64,000 nucleotides of DNA from an uncultured Acidobacteriota bacterium (GTDB lineage Bacteria; Acidobacteriota; Polarisedimenticolia; J045): contig CAVPCQ010000006.1 in NCBI GenBank assembly GCA_963702425.1, positions 288,001-352,000 on the forward strand, read 5' to 3'. This document shows, in pieces, positions 41,412-51,165 of this stretch (its first letter is position 1; every line of letters begins with the position of its first letter). Below the pieces are notes generated by a model. The model was not told where the DNA came from and searched no databases. It was given only the letters and a program-made list of their open reading frames with translations. The position numbers and the translations under genes are program-made.

Positions 41412-41415
41412 ACCG

Positions 41416-43224
41416 GTGAGCCGGCCGACCGCGAGGACGACCTGGCTCGCGGCCGCCCTGGTCGGGGCGCTCGCCGTCGCGGTCTACCTGCCGTCGCTCC
41501 GAAACGACTTCGTCTGGGACGACCCGATCGTGCTCGAGCGACAGCTGCCGTACTTCGACGGTCCGGCCGACGCCTTCTTCCCGCCCCGCGACGTCCCGCA
41601 GTGGAGCGCGCACTACTACCGGCCGCTGGTCGTCGTCTCCTACCTGCTCGACGACCTCGTGGTGCGGACGCTCTACCCACCGGAGGCCCGTGACGCGGGG
41701 CGCCGGCTCGTCTTCCACGCCTCGCCCGTGCTGCTGCACGGCGTGTCGAGCGCGCTGGTCGTGGCGCTCGGCGCCGCGCTGGCCCGGCGGTTCCGTGGAC
41801 AGCGGTCGACGCTCGCGGTGCCGGTCGCGGCCGGGCTGCTGTTCGCGGTCCACCCGGTCCACGTCGAGTCGGTGGCCTGGCTGGCGGGCCGGTCGGACCT
41901 GCTGTGCGCGGCCTTCGCCCTTGCCGCGATCCTGGCCTGGCTGCGCTATCTCGAGACGCGGCGCGCGGCCTGGCTGCCCGCGGCCGCGGCGCTCGCGCTG
42001 GCCGCGATGCTGTCGAAGGAGGTCGGGCTGGCGCTGGTCGCGCTGCTGCCGCTCTCGGCCCTGCTGCCTGGCCGCGACGCCGCACTTCCGGGGCACGAGG
42101 CGGCACGCGATGCAGGTCTCGCCGCGGCTGTCGTGGGGTTCGCTGCCGCCGTCGCGCTGGCGCTCCGGTGGGCGGCCGCTGCCCCGGGACCCGGCTCGGC
42201 GATCGCCTGGACCGATCCGGTGCGAACGATCCTCGCGGCCCTGGGCTGGTACGCGGCGAAGACGGCCTGGCCGGCGCCGCTCTCCGCGTTCGTCGACCGG
42301 GTACCCGGCTCGGTGGGTCTCGCGATCGCGGGGGCGTTCGTCGCCGGCGGGATCGGCGCGCTCGTGGGCGCCTCGCTGGCGCGCCGTCGCGCCGGCGCGG
42401 AAGCGTTCGCCGCGGCGCTCTTCCTGCTCCCGCTCGCACCCGCGCTGGCGGTCTCGGCCGGCACGATCGCCGCCACGCCGCTGGCCGAGCGCTACCTCTA
42501 CCTGCCGTCGGCCGGCGCGGTGCTCCTCGGGGCGTTGATCGTCGGAGAACCTCGCCGCAGCGCTCGGCTCAGCTTTCGGCCCACCGCGCGGCCGGCGGTC
42601 GTACTCGGCATGGCCGCGGCGATCGCTGCGGTCGCGCTGCCGGCGACCCTGATCCGGCAGCGGGCCTGGCGCGATGACCTCGCCTTCTGGTCCGACGCCG
42701 CCGAGAAGGCACCCGGCGGGCTGGCTGGTCCAGGACGCGCTCGGCACGGCTGCTGGTCGACGCGGGTCGGGCCCCGGAGGCGGAGGCGCGTTTCCGCCGC
42801 GCATTCGAGTTGGCCGACGCGGCCGATCGATCGCGCCCAGGCCCGCGCCAACCTCGGCTCGCTCTTCTCGCGCCAGCAGCGCTGGGACGACGCGATCGCC
42901 GAGTTCCGCGCCGCGCTCGCCGACGACCCCGGGCTCGACACCGCACACGCCAACCTGGCCCAGGCGCTGCTCGCCCGCTACGCCGCGCAGCCGGTTCCGG
43001 CCGAGAAGCCGGCCGTCATGGCGGAGGCGGCTGGACACTTCGACGCGGCCCGCCGGATCGATCCGCGCAAGGCCTCGCTGCACTTCGCCTACGGCATGCT
43101 GATGATCGAGCTGGGGCGGCCCGCCGAGGCGGCTGCGCCGCTGCGCGAGGTGATCGCGCTGGCGCCGGAGTCGCCCGAGGCAGCCACGGCGCGGCGCGCG
43201 CTGGAGCCGCTCGGGGCGCGCTGA
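41416..43224 (+). CDS. TMTC-like glycosyltransferase with TPRs (paralog 3), local frameshift near 42720-42820
   Basis: NDFVWDD, YYRPL, LFAVHPVHVESVAWLAGR, LSKE, LAERYLYLPS, TPRs. Confidence 0.85.
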   Translation: MSRPTARTTWLAAALVGALAVAVYLPSLRNDFVWDDPIVLERQLPYFDGPADAFFPPRDVPQWSAHYYRPLVVVSYLLDDLVVRTLYPPEARDAGRRLVFHASPVLLHGVSSALVVALGAALARRFRGQRSTLAVPVAAGLLFAVHPVHVESVAWLAGRSDLLCAAFALAAILAWLRYLETRRAAWLPAAAALALAAMLSKEVGLALVALLPLSALLPGRDAALPGHEAARDAGLAAAVVGFAAAVALALRWAAAAPGPGSAIAWTDPVRTILAALGWYAAKTAWPAPLSAFVDRVPGSVGLAIAGAFVAGGIGALVGASLARRRAGAEAFAAALFLLPLAPALAVSAGTIAATPLAERYLYLPSAGAVLLGALIVGEPRRSARLSFRPTARPAVVLGMAAAIAAVALPATLIRQRAWRDDLAFWSDAAEKAPGGLAGPGRARHGCWSTRVGPRRRRRVSAAHSSWPTRPIDRAQARANLGSLFSRQQRWDDAIAEFRAALADDPGLDTAHANLAQALLARYAAQPVPAEKPAVMAEAAGHFDAARRIDPRKASLHFAYGMLMIELGRPAEAAAPLREVIALAPESPEAATARRALEPLGAR

Positions 43225-43259
43225 ACCGGCTGACGGCGCGCCGGACGATCGGATCGCCG

Positions 43260-44339
43260 TCAGTCCCCGTCGCCGAGCGCCTCGGCCAGCAGGCCGTGGA
43301 AGTGATGGACGCCGTTTTCCCGGCGCGCCGAGTAGCGCCCGCTCTCCCACGCGCCCGATTGCAGGCCGCGCTGGACCGCCTCGCAGAGCGCGATGTCCTC
43401 GCGCTGCACTTCTTCGGAGAAGGCGAAGCTCTCGGCGAACTCCTGCTCCAGCCCGGGCCGGCCGGGATCGAGGAAGAACCAGAGGAAGACCGTGCGCGTG
43501 GGTCCGGTCCCTCGGGCAGCACGAGATTGAGCTGCACGTTGTCCGGGTAGACGTTGATCATCAGGTTCGGGAAGACCCAGTAGTAGAGCGCCTCGAGCGA
43601 GGCGCCGTCCGCCCGGTGCCGGGCGTAGAGCGAGCCCGGCCGCTCCTTCACCGGCGCCACCTGCTTCGAGTGCCAGCGCTGCGTCTCGACCCTGTAGCGC
43701 GGGTAGTCGATCTCGCGGAACAGCCCGGGTGCGCGACCGGGATGTGGTACCCCTCGAGGTAGTTGTCGACGTAGACCTTCCAGTTGCAGCCGATGACCCA
43801 GTCGTGGCGGCGGTGGAACCCCATCCGATCGAGCGGCAGGCGGGCCGTTTCGGAAGGGATCGCGCCGAGCAGATCGGCCAGCGGCGGGGCGGCGCCATCG
43901 AGGCAGGCGAAGACGAACGGGCCCCAGCTGTCGACGCGAACCGGACGCAGCGCCTGCGCGGCCGGATCGAAATCGAGCACCCCCTCCATCTCGGGGGCCT
44001 TGAGCAGCGGCCGTCGAGCCCGTAGGTCCAGCCGTGGTAGCGGCACTGCAGCGTCCGCGCCGGCCGGCTTCGCAGGCGAGCTCCCCGGCGCGGTGGCGGC
44101 AGACGTTGTAGAAGCCGCGCAGCGCACCGTCCTCGCCCCGCACGAGGACCACCGGGCCCCGCCGATCTCGACCGCCGCGTGCTCCCCCGGCGCGGCCACC
44201 GCGGAGAGCGGCGCGGCGTACTGCCAGGTGCGCCGGAAGATCCGCTCCCGCTCGCGGCGAGCTGCGCCGGTCGGTGTACCAGCGCGCCGGGATCGTGCGC
44301 GCGCGGGCAGTCGGGTCGAAGGGTAGGACGGGCCGGCAC
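43260..44339 (-). CDS. Rieske non-heme-iron oxygenase alpha subunit (choline monooxygenase-like), multiple frameshifts
   Basis: NVCRHR and CRYHGWTY Rieske motifs; NWKVYVDNYLEGYHIP; EDIALCEAVQRGL. Confidence 0.8.
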   Translation of the reverse strand: MPARPTLRPDCPRAHDPGALVHRPAQLAASGSGSSGAPGSTPRRSPRWPRRGSTRRSRSAGPGGPRAGRGRCAARLLQRLPPPRRGARLRSRPARTLQCRYHGWTYGLDGRCSRPPRWRGCSISIRPRRRCVRFASTAGARSSSPASMAPPRRWPICSARSLPKRPACRSIGWGSTAATTGSSAATGRSTSTTTSRGTTSRSRTRAVPRDRLPALQGRDAALALEAGGAGEGAAGLALRPAPGGRRLARGALLLGLPEPDDQRLPGQRAAQSRAARGTGPTRTVFLWFFLDPGRPGLEQEFAESFAFSEEVQREDIALCEAVQRGLQSGAWESGRYSARRENGVHHFHGLLAEALGDGD

Positions 44340-44351
44340 GGAGGCCGGCCC

Positions 44352-45608
44352 CTACGGATCCAGCTTCTCGCGCATGATCGCCAGGATCTCCGCGTCGACC
44401 GCCCGCATTCCCTTCGTCGCGATGCGGCCGAGGTTGGCAAGCGAGGCCTGGCCGTCGGCCCCGACGATGCCGTCGGTGGCCGGGATCCCGACGCCGGAGA
44501 GCGCGAGCGACGCCGCGCGGTGGGCGGCGTCGACGCCGGTCATCGACTTGAGCGCGCAGCCGATCTTCGCGCCGTCGCAGATCATCCCCGAGACGTTGCC
44601 GACCATGTTGGTCACCGCGGCGGAGAGCGCCGCCGCGTCGCCCGCCTCGAGGCGGACGAGCCCGGCCGCGAGCCCGATCCCGGCGGCGTTCGAGCAGCCG
44701 CAGACCGCGGAGAGCGCGCCCAGGCGGTGCGTCGTCGACGAGGTCACGAGGCAGGCCAGCGCCAGTGCCTCCTCGCGCAGCTCCTGGGAGGCGCCGAGAT
44801 CCTCGCCGATCACGGCGATCGGCAGCGCGACGGTAATCCCCTTGTTCCCCGACCCGGCCAGCGCCATGACCGTGAAGTCCTCGCCGCTCATCCGCGCGAA
44901 GACGCCGCCCGCGACGAGGCGCGCGGCGCGCGAGACCGCGTCGCCGGCCGAGCGACGGTGGAACGCCGCCGGCAGCAGCGCCTGTCCGTGCTCAGCGATC
45001 GCGGTGTTGAGCGCGGTGCCGTGCCGCAGGCGAGCCCGGTCGTCGTCGCCGAGCGTGCGCGCCAACGCCGCCAGCGCGTCGAAGTCGAGCGCCGCCAGCG
45101 CGCCGCGCAGGTCGGAGCCGGCCGCGGCGCCGGCCGCCGCGCCCGGCAGCGGCTGCGGGACGCCGTCGCGCTCGAGGCGCACGAGCCGGGTGTGGCTGCC
45201 TTCGACGATCGCCCGCCCTTCGCCGCCGGTGCGGCGCACCGCGACGTCCACGAACAGCCCGCCGCGCTGCGCGTCTACCTCGGCCAGCACCGCCCCGCGC
45301 GCAACGAGCTGCTCGGCTGCCGTCAGCCGTTCCGGGGTCACCTGGCGGAAGATCTCGAGCCCCGCGGACGAGTCGGGCGCGAGCGCGCCCAGCGCCCCCG
45401 CCCAGCGGATCCCGGCCTTGCGTCCCGAGTTCGGGATCCCGACGGCGTAGCAGTTCTTGTACATCCGCGGGTCGCAGGCGATCCGCACGCTGACGATCGG
45501 GCCGTCGGCGAGTGCGGCCGCACTGGCCGCGGCCCAGGCGATGCACGCCGGCTCCGTGCACCCGAGCGCCGGGCGCCACTCGCTGGCGAGGAACTCGGTG
45601 AAGGTCAT
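44352..45608 (-). CDS. L-cysteine desulfidase / serine dehydratase alpha-like (YhaM/CdsB, UPF0597)
   Basis: PALGCTEP, ARMSG, GSGNKG, LSAVCGC, GMICDGAKIGCALK. Confidence 0.85.
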   Translation of the reverse strand: MTFTEFLASEWRPALGCTEPACIAWAAASAAALADGPIVSVRIACDPRMYKNCYAVGIPNSGRKAGIRWAGALGALAPDSSAGLEIFRQVTPERLTAAEQLVARGAVLAEVDAQRGGLFVDVAVRRTGGEGRAIVEGSHTRLVRLERDGVPQPLPGAAAGAAAGSDLRGALAALDFDALAALARTLGDDDRARLRHGTALNTAIAEHGQALLPAAFHRRSAGDAVSRAARLVAGGVFARMSGEDFTVMALAGSGNKGITVALPIAVIGEDLGASQELREEALALACLVTSSTTHRLGALSAVCGCSNAAGIGLAAGLVRLEAGDAAALSAAVTNMVGNVSGMICDGAKIGCALKSMTGVDAAHRAASLALSGVGIPATDGIVGADGQASLANLGRIATKGMRAVDAEILAIMREKLDP

Positions 45609-45691
45609 CGGCCGGCCTCGATCTCCGGCGTCGCAGCGGCGACCCGGGGCGCCCGATGATAGCGTGGCCGGCCTCCGGAGACCGCTTTCCG

Positions 45692-46513
45692 ATGTCCACG
45701 ACCCCATCCCCCGCGCCGCTCTTCGACACCCACGCGCACCTCGACTTCCCGGGGCTCGCCGAGGACCTCGACGGACTGCTCGCGCGCGCGCGCGCCGCGG
45801 GGGTGACGCGGATCGTGTCGATCGGCGCCGGGCGCGGCCCGGGCTCGCTGGAGGGCGCGCTCGAGATCGCGCGGCGCCACCCGGGCGTCGTCTGGGCGAC
45901 GGTCGGCGTCCACCCGCACGACGCCTCGTGCCTGACGCCGGACGGGATCGACGCGCTCGCGGCGCTCGCCGCCGACCCGTTGGTGGTGGCGATCGGCGAA
46001 ACCGGCCTCGATTTCCACTACGACCGCTCGCCGCGCGACGCGCAGCGCGCCGCGTTCCGCGCGCAGATCGCGCTGGCGCGGGGCGCGGGCAAGCCGATCG
46101 TCGTGCACACGCGGCTGGCGCCGGACGAGACGCTGGAGATTCTCCGCGAGGAAGGGGCGCGCGACGTCGGCGGGATCATCCACTGCTTCTCCGAGGACGC
46201 CGCCTTCGCCGCGCGGGCGCTGGACCTGGGATTCGTCGCCTCGTTCAGCGGGCTGGTCACCTTCCCCAAGGCGGGACCGATCCGCGAGGCCGCGCTGAAG
46301 CAGCCGCTGGACGCGATCCTGGTCGAGACCGACGCCCCGTTCCTGGCCCCGGTCCCGCTTCGCGGCCGGCGCGCGGAGCCGGCCCACGTCGCGTACACCG
46401 CCGACGCGATCGCCGCCTGGCGCGGGATCGCGGCGGAGGAGTTCCGGCGGATCACGACCACGAACGGCTGCCGGGTCTACGGTCTGCCGGAGCCGTCGTC
46501 GCGCGAGCGGTGA
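45692..46513 (+). CDS. tatD: TatD-family nuclease
   Basis: DTHAHLD, GVHPH, IGETGLD, IHCFS, ETDAPFLAP. Confidence 0.9.
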   Translation: MSTTPSPAPLFDTHAHLDFPGLAEDLDGLLARARAAGVTRIVSIGAGRGPGSLEGALEIARRHPGVVWATVGVHPHDASCLTPDGIDALAALAADPLVVAIGETGLDFHYDRSPRDAQRAAFRAQIALARGAGKPIVVHTRLAPDETLEILREEGARDVGGIIHCFSEDAAFAARALDLGFVASFSGLVTFPKAGPIREAALKQPLDAILVETDAPFLAPVPLRGRRAEPAHVAYTADAIAAWRGIAAEEFRRITTTNGCRVYGLPEPSSRER

Positions 46514-46522
46514 CGGCGTCGA

Positions 46523-47473
46523 TCAGGAGTGCCCGCCCGCGTACTTCTTCTCTCCCGCCCGGACCGCGACGTCGAGCGCGTTCTCCTTCGGCGGAAGCGG
46601 GCAGGTGGCGAACGGGGTGAAGGCGCACGGCGGGTTGTACGCGCCGTTGAAGTCGAGCACGAAGCTGCCGTCGGGGCCGGGCGGGTCGGCGTCCAGGAAG
46701 CGGCCCGCACCGTACGTCTCCTCGCCGGTGGTCCGGTCCTTGAAGACGAAGAACAGCTCCCTGTCGTCCGGGCTGCCGCCGAGCGGGATCAGGGTGTGCT
46801 CGCGGCCTTCGAGCGTGAAATGCGCGACGCCGAGCGCCCACATCGGCTGCTCCACGCCGCCCGCGCTCGGTACGGTGACCTGCTTCGGCTCGGCGGCGCG
46901 CTCGAAGCGCGCGGGGACGCGCCAGGCCGGGTCGGGCGGGTACCAGGAGAGCCCCTGGAACTTCCCGAGCGCGGGGCTCTCCGGGTCCTTGGCGCGCACC
47001 CCCAGCCGATCGCCGCGGCGGATCACGGTCATCGAGACCCGGCCGGCCGTCACGACGTCGGGTTTTCCCGTCGCGTCGGGAGCGAGCGTCATCCCGTCCG
47101 TCGCGGGGGCGCCGTTGACGCTGACGGCGGCGTCCGGCGCGAGCCGCAGCGTGACGGTCTCGCCGTCGAGCACGAAGGCCCCCGCGCGGCCCGGCGCCGC
47201 GCCGGCCGGCAGCGCGATCGGCAGCGCCGGATCGCTGCCGAACGGGGTCTCCCCCGGCTGCAGCCACCACAGTCCGACCAGCGACATCCAGCCGTTGGGC
47301 CGCTTCAGACCCGTCTCGCGTTCCGAGCGCCACTTCTCGAGCTCCGGCTGCCAGTCCGCGGGAGGCGGAGGCGGAGGAGGCTGTCCGCAGGCGATCGCGA
47401 GCAGGAGCAGGGCCGCCGGCACGGCGAGCGCCACCGGTGGAACGCGGGAGGAGGACGACGGGAGAACGTGCAT
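46523..47473 (-). CDS. DUF1684 family lipoprotein
   Basis: Lipobox AIAC; FKDRTTGEETYGAGRFL, LDFNGAYNPPCAFTPFATCPLPP. Confidence 0.85.
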   Translation of the reverse strand: MHVLPSSSSRVPPVALAVPAALLLLAIACGQPPPPPPPADWQPELEKWRSERETGLKRPNGWMSLVGLWWLQPGETPFGSDPALPIALPAGAAPGRAGAFVLDGETVTLRLAPDAAVSVNGAPATDGMTLAPDATGKPDVVTAGRVSMTVIRRGDRLGVRAKDPESPALGKFQGLSWYPPDPAWRVPARFERAAEPKQVTVPSAGGVEQPMWALGVAHFTLEGREHTLIPLGGSPDDRELFFVFKDRTTGEETYGAGRFLDADPPGPDGSFVLDFNGAYNPPCAFTPFATCPLPPKENALDVAVRAGEKKYAGGHS

Positions 47474-47599
47474 GAGTCCTCGCGCGGGGACGGGCCGTTC
47501 GCCGCCGCGGCGTGGCCGCCCGACCGTGAGCCGCCTCTTTTACCAGCCGCGGCGGCGGCTGGATAGGCCCGCGGCCGTAGAATGCGCGCCGGTGCCCGC

Positions 47600-48817
47600 G
47601 TGACGACCCCACCCCTTCCCCGCAGCCTCTTCGACCTCGACCCGGCCCTGCTGTGGGTCATGCACTGCGCCGAGGGGCCGGTCCCCCGGGCCTCGGTCGA
47701 GGCCGCGACCGCCTTCCTCATCAAGGAAGCGCAGCCTTGGAAGATGACCTGGAACGAGGACTTCCAGGGCCTCCCCACCGTCCTCCGAGAGCAGGCGGCG
47801 GCGCTCGTCGGTGCCGACCCGGCCGACATCACCCCGACCCCGACGACCTCCTCGGGGCTGATCACGGTGGCACAGGGCTTCCCGTGGCAGATGGGCGACG
47901 ACGTCGTCGCCCCGCTCGGCGAGTTCCCGACCAACGCCTGGCCGTGGCTGGCGCTCGCACCGCGCGGCGTCGACTTCCGCGAGGCGCCGCTCTGGGACGG
48001 TCACCGCTCCGGCGCCGAAGCCTGGTCTTCCGAGCCACCTCCCGCCGCGGTCGAGCCGGAGGCCCGCCTGCTGGCCGCGATCGGCCCGCGCACGCGGATT
48101 CTCGCGGTCAGCTGGGTGCGGTTCCAGGACGGGCTCGCGCTCGATCTCGCGCGGCTCGGCGAAGGCTGCCGCGGGCGCGGCGTCGCGCTCGTCGTGGACG
48201 GGATCCAGGGGGCCGGGACGCGGCCGCTCCGCCTGCCCGCGACCGGCGCGAGCGCTTTCGCCTGCGGCGGGCACAAGGGACTGCTCGCCCCACAGGGGTT
48301 GGGTTTCCTCTGGACCGATCGCGTCTTCCGCGCACGCCTTGCGCCGCCCGGCGGCTGGCTGTCGGTCGAGGACGCGACCGACTTCTCCCGCCCGACGACC
48401 GATTTCGCGCGCCGTTTCGTCGACACCGGCACGGCGCTCGAGCAGGGGGTCCCGAACCTGCTCGGCATGGCCGCTCTGGCGGCCTCGCTCGCGGCGCTCA
48501 ACGCCGCGGGCGTTGGCGCGATCGCGGCCCACGTCGCCGCGCTGCAGGACGACCTGCTGGCCCGCCTCGCCGGGCAGCCCGCGTGGCGCGCCGAAGCCGC
48601 CCGCCTGGCCGCGCTGCGCGCGCGCGGCCGGCTGGGATCGATCGTCGCGCTGCACCACGGCGGGCGTGGCGAGGCCTTCCTGCACGACCTGCTGAAGCGC
48701 GGCTTCGAGTCCGGGATCCACGCCTCGATCCGCGAGGGCTACCTGCGGATCGCGCTGCACGGCTGGCACGACGAAGCGGACGTGGCGCACCTCGCGGCCT
48801 GGCTGGCGGCGGCGTGA
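47600..48817 (+). CDS. class V PLP aminotransferase / cysteine desulfurase-like
   Basis: EFPTN, SWVRFQDG, VDGIQG, GGHKGLLAPQG. Confidence 0.8.
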   Translation: MTTPPLPRSLFDLDPALLWVMHCAEGPVPRASVEAATAFLIKEAQPWKMTWNEDFQGLPTVLREQAAALVGADPADITPTPTTSSGLITVAQGFPWQMGDDVVAPLGEFPTNAWPWLALAPRGVDFREAPLWDGHRSGAEAWSSEPPPAAVEPEARLLAAIGPRTRILAVSWVRFQDGLALDLARLGEGCRGRGVALVVDGIQGAGTRPLRLPATGASAFACGGHKGLLAPQGLGFLWTDRVFRARLAPPGGWLSVEDATDFSRPTTDFARRFVDTGTALEQGVPNLLGMAALAASLAALNAAGVGAIAAHVAALQDDLLARLAGQPAWRAEAARLAALRARGRLGSIVALHHGGRGEAFLHDLLKRGFESGIHASIREGYLRIALHGWHDEADVAHLAAWLAAA

Positions 48818-48827
48818 CGAGGCGCTG

Positions 48828-49949
48828 ATGCAGCACGGCACGCGAACCGAGCCCCCTGCGCCCCGCACCAGCCTCCCGCGCCAGGTCCTCGACGACATCC
48901 GCCACGGGAACCTGCGCCGCGAGGTCGGCCGCGACCTGACCGAGCTCTACGGCTTCTTCCTCGACGACGAGCAGCAGCAGCGTGCGGCGACGATGGCGCG
49001 TCCCAAGCGCTGGTTCATGGTCCCGTGGTGGGCCCTGAAGAGCCTGCTGCGCCGCCTCGCCGCGCCGCGCCGCGTGCTGCTCGTGCTCGCGCTGATCTTC
49101 GCCGTCCTGGGGGAGACGCGGATCGAGTCGCCGGACGGATCGATCTCGATCGGCGGCGACCTGCAGCCGCTGGCGATCCTGCTGCTGCTGGTGATCCTGA
49201 TGCTCGAGCTGAAGGACAAGCTGGTGGCGCGCGACGAGATCGAGGTCGCGCGGCAGGTCCAGTTGGCGCTCCTGCCGCGGCACCAGCCGGTCCTCGAGGG
49301 CTGGGACATCTGGCTCTACACCCGCCCGGCGAACGACGTCGGCGGCGACCTCGTCGACTTCCTCGAGCTGCCCGGACGGCGGCTCGCGCTCGCGCTGGGC
49401 GACGTCTCCGGCAAGGGGATGGGCGCGGCGCTCCTGATGGCGAAGCTGCAGGCGACGCTGCGCGCGCTGGTCCCGCTGGACGCCGCGCTCGCCGACCTGG
49501 GGGCGCACGTCAACCGGATCCTGTGCCGCGACAGCGTCGAGAACCGCTACGCGACCCTGCTCTACGCCGAGCTGGGCGCCGACTCGGGGAGCGTCCGGCT
49601 GCTCAACGCCGGGCACCTGCTGCCGCTGGTCGTGCGGGCCGGCGCGCACGAGCGACTGGCCCCGATGGCGATGCCGCTCGGGATGTTCCGCGAGGCGGTT
49701 TTCGTCGAGCAGGAGGTCGCGCTCGGCGGCGACGACATGCTCGTCCTCTGCTCCGACGGGCTGTCGGAGGCGCAGGACCCGACCGGCCAGTTCTTCGGCG
49801 AGGCGCGCCTGGTGGCGCTGACGCCGTCGCTCCGCGGGCTGGCGGCGGCGGCGGCGGGGGCCGTCCTGCTGCGGGAGATCGAGCGTTTCCTGGCCGGGGC
49901 GCGGCCGGCCGACGACCTCTCGCTGGCGATCGTACGCCGGCTCCCCTGA
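48828..49949 (+). CDS. membrane-anchored PP2C/SpoIIE (RsbU-like) phosphatase
   Basis: ARQVQLALLP, VGGD, GDVSGKG, NAGH, SDGLSEA, DDLS. Confidence 0.9.
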   Translation: MQHGTRTEPPAPRTSLPRQVLDDIRHGNLRREVGRDLTELYGFFLDDEQQQRAATMARPKRWFMVPWWALKSLLRRLAAPRRVLLVLALIFAVLGETRIESPDGSISIGGDLQPLAILLLLVILMLELKDKLVARDEIEVARQVQLALLPRHQPVLEGWDIWLYTRPANDVGGDLVDFLELPGRRLALALGDVSGKGMGAALLMAKLQATLRALVPLDAALADLGAHVNRILCRDSVENRYATLLYAELGADSGSVRLLNAGHLLPLVVRAGAHERLAPMAMPLGMFREAVFVEQEVALGGDDMLVLCSDGLSEAQDPTGQFFGEARLVALTPSLRGLAAAAAGAVLLREIERFLAGARPADDLSLAIVRRLP

Positions 49950-49971
49950 CCCGCCGCTCCCCGGAGGCCCG

Positions 49972-51135
49972 ATGACCACGCGTTCCCCACGCCTCGAAAC
50001 CCGTCTCGTGCACGCCGGTGAGCAGCCGCGCGTCGACGGCGCGGTCACCCTGCCGATCTTCCAGTCCTCGACCTACGAGTCGGCCGGCGGCTCGAGCTAC
50101 CACGACCTGCGCTACATCCGGCTCAACAACACGCCGAACCACCGCGCGCTGCACACCAAGCTGGCCGCGCTCGAGGGGACCGAGACCGCGCTCGTCTTCG
50201 GCTCGGGGATGGCGGCGCTTTCGACGATGCTGCTCGCGCTGCTGAAACCGGGCGATCACCTGCTGGCCCAGCCCGGCCTCTACGGCGGGACGCACGAGCT
50301 GGTCACGAAGGACCTCGCCGCGCTCGGGATCGAGCACGACTTCCTCGAGCCCGACGACCCCGGGAGCTGGGAACGGCTGGTCCGGCCGACGTCGCGACTC
50401 GTCCACTGCGAAGCGATCACGAACCCCCTGCTGCGGGTGATCGACCTGCCCGCCCTCGCGGCGTTCGCGAAGCGCCGCGGCCTGATCTCGACGATCGACG
50501 CCACCTTCGCCACGCCGGTCAACTTCCGGCCGGCCGAGCACGGCTTCGACCTCGTCATGCACAGTGCGACCAAGTACCTGAACGGCCACTCCGACATCGT
50601 CGCCGGGACGATCGCCGGGCCGGCGGCCCTGGTCGACGCGATCCGACACAAGCTCAACCACCTCGGCGGCTCGCTCGACCCGCACGCCTGCTTCCTGCTG
50701 CAGCGCGGGCTGAAGACGCTGGCGGTGCGGGTGCGGGCCCAGAACGCGAGCGCGCTGGCGCTGGCGGGGCACCTGTCCGCCCATCCGGCGGTGGCCCGGG
50801 TCCACTATCCTGGCCTCCCGTCCGATCCGGACCACCCCCGCGCCTGCGGGCTTTTCTCCGGCTTCGGGGGAATGCTCTCGTTCGAGTTGGCGGGGAGCAC
50901 CGACGGCGTCGAGCGCTTCCTCGGTGCCCTCCGCCTGCCGATCGTCGCGCCGAGCCTGGGCGGCCCCGAGACCCTCGTCACGCTGCCGGCCCGGACCTCC
51001 CACTCGGGGCTCGATCCGGCCGCGCGCCGGGCGCTCGGGATCGCCGACGGGCTGATCCGCGTCTCGGTCGGGCTCGAAGCGGTCGAGGACCTGGTCGAGG
51101 ATTTCGATCACGCGCTCGCCGCCGCGCTGCGCTAG
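49972..51135 (+). CDS. Cys/Met metabolism PLP enzyme (cystathionine gamma-lyase/synthase-like)
   Basis: PIFQSSTY, SGMAA, DATFATP, HSATKYLNGHSD, SLGGPETL, RVSVGLE. Confidence 0.9.
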   Translation: MTTRSPRLETRLVHAGEQPRVDGAVTLPIFQSSTYESAGGSSYHDLRYIRLNNTPNHRALHTKLAALEGTETALVFGSGMAALSTMLLALLKPGDHLLAQPGLYGGTHELVTKDLAALGIEHDFLEPDDPGSWERLVRPTSRLVHCEAITNPLLRVIDLPALAAFAKRRGLISTIDATFATPVNFRPAEHGFDLVMHSATKYLNGHSDIVAGTIAGPAALVDAIRHKLNHLGGSLDPHACFLLQRGLKTLAVRVRAQNASALALAGHLSAHPAVARVHYPGLPSDPDHPRACGLFSGFGGMLSFELAGSTDGVERFLGALRLPIVAPSLGGPETLVTLPARTSHSGLDPAARRALGIADGLIRVSVGLEAVEDLVEDFDHALAAALR

Positions 51136-51165
51136 TACACTCGCTTCCCGGAAAGGACGGCCTCG

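Noticed and set aside
37751-41419. 1222-aa RHH-hydrolase ORF
   Set aside because: The middle is the antisense shadow of a TMTC gene; these are two separate genes.
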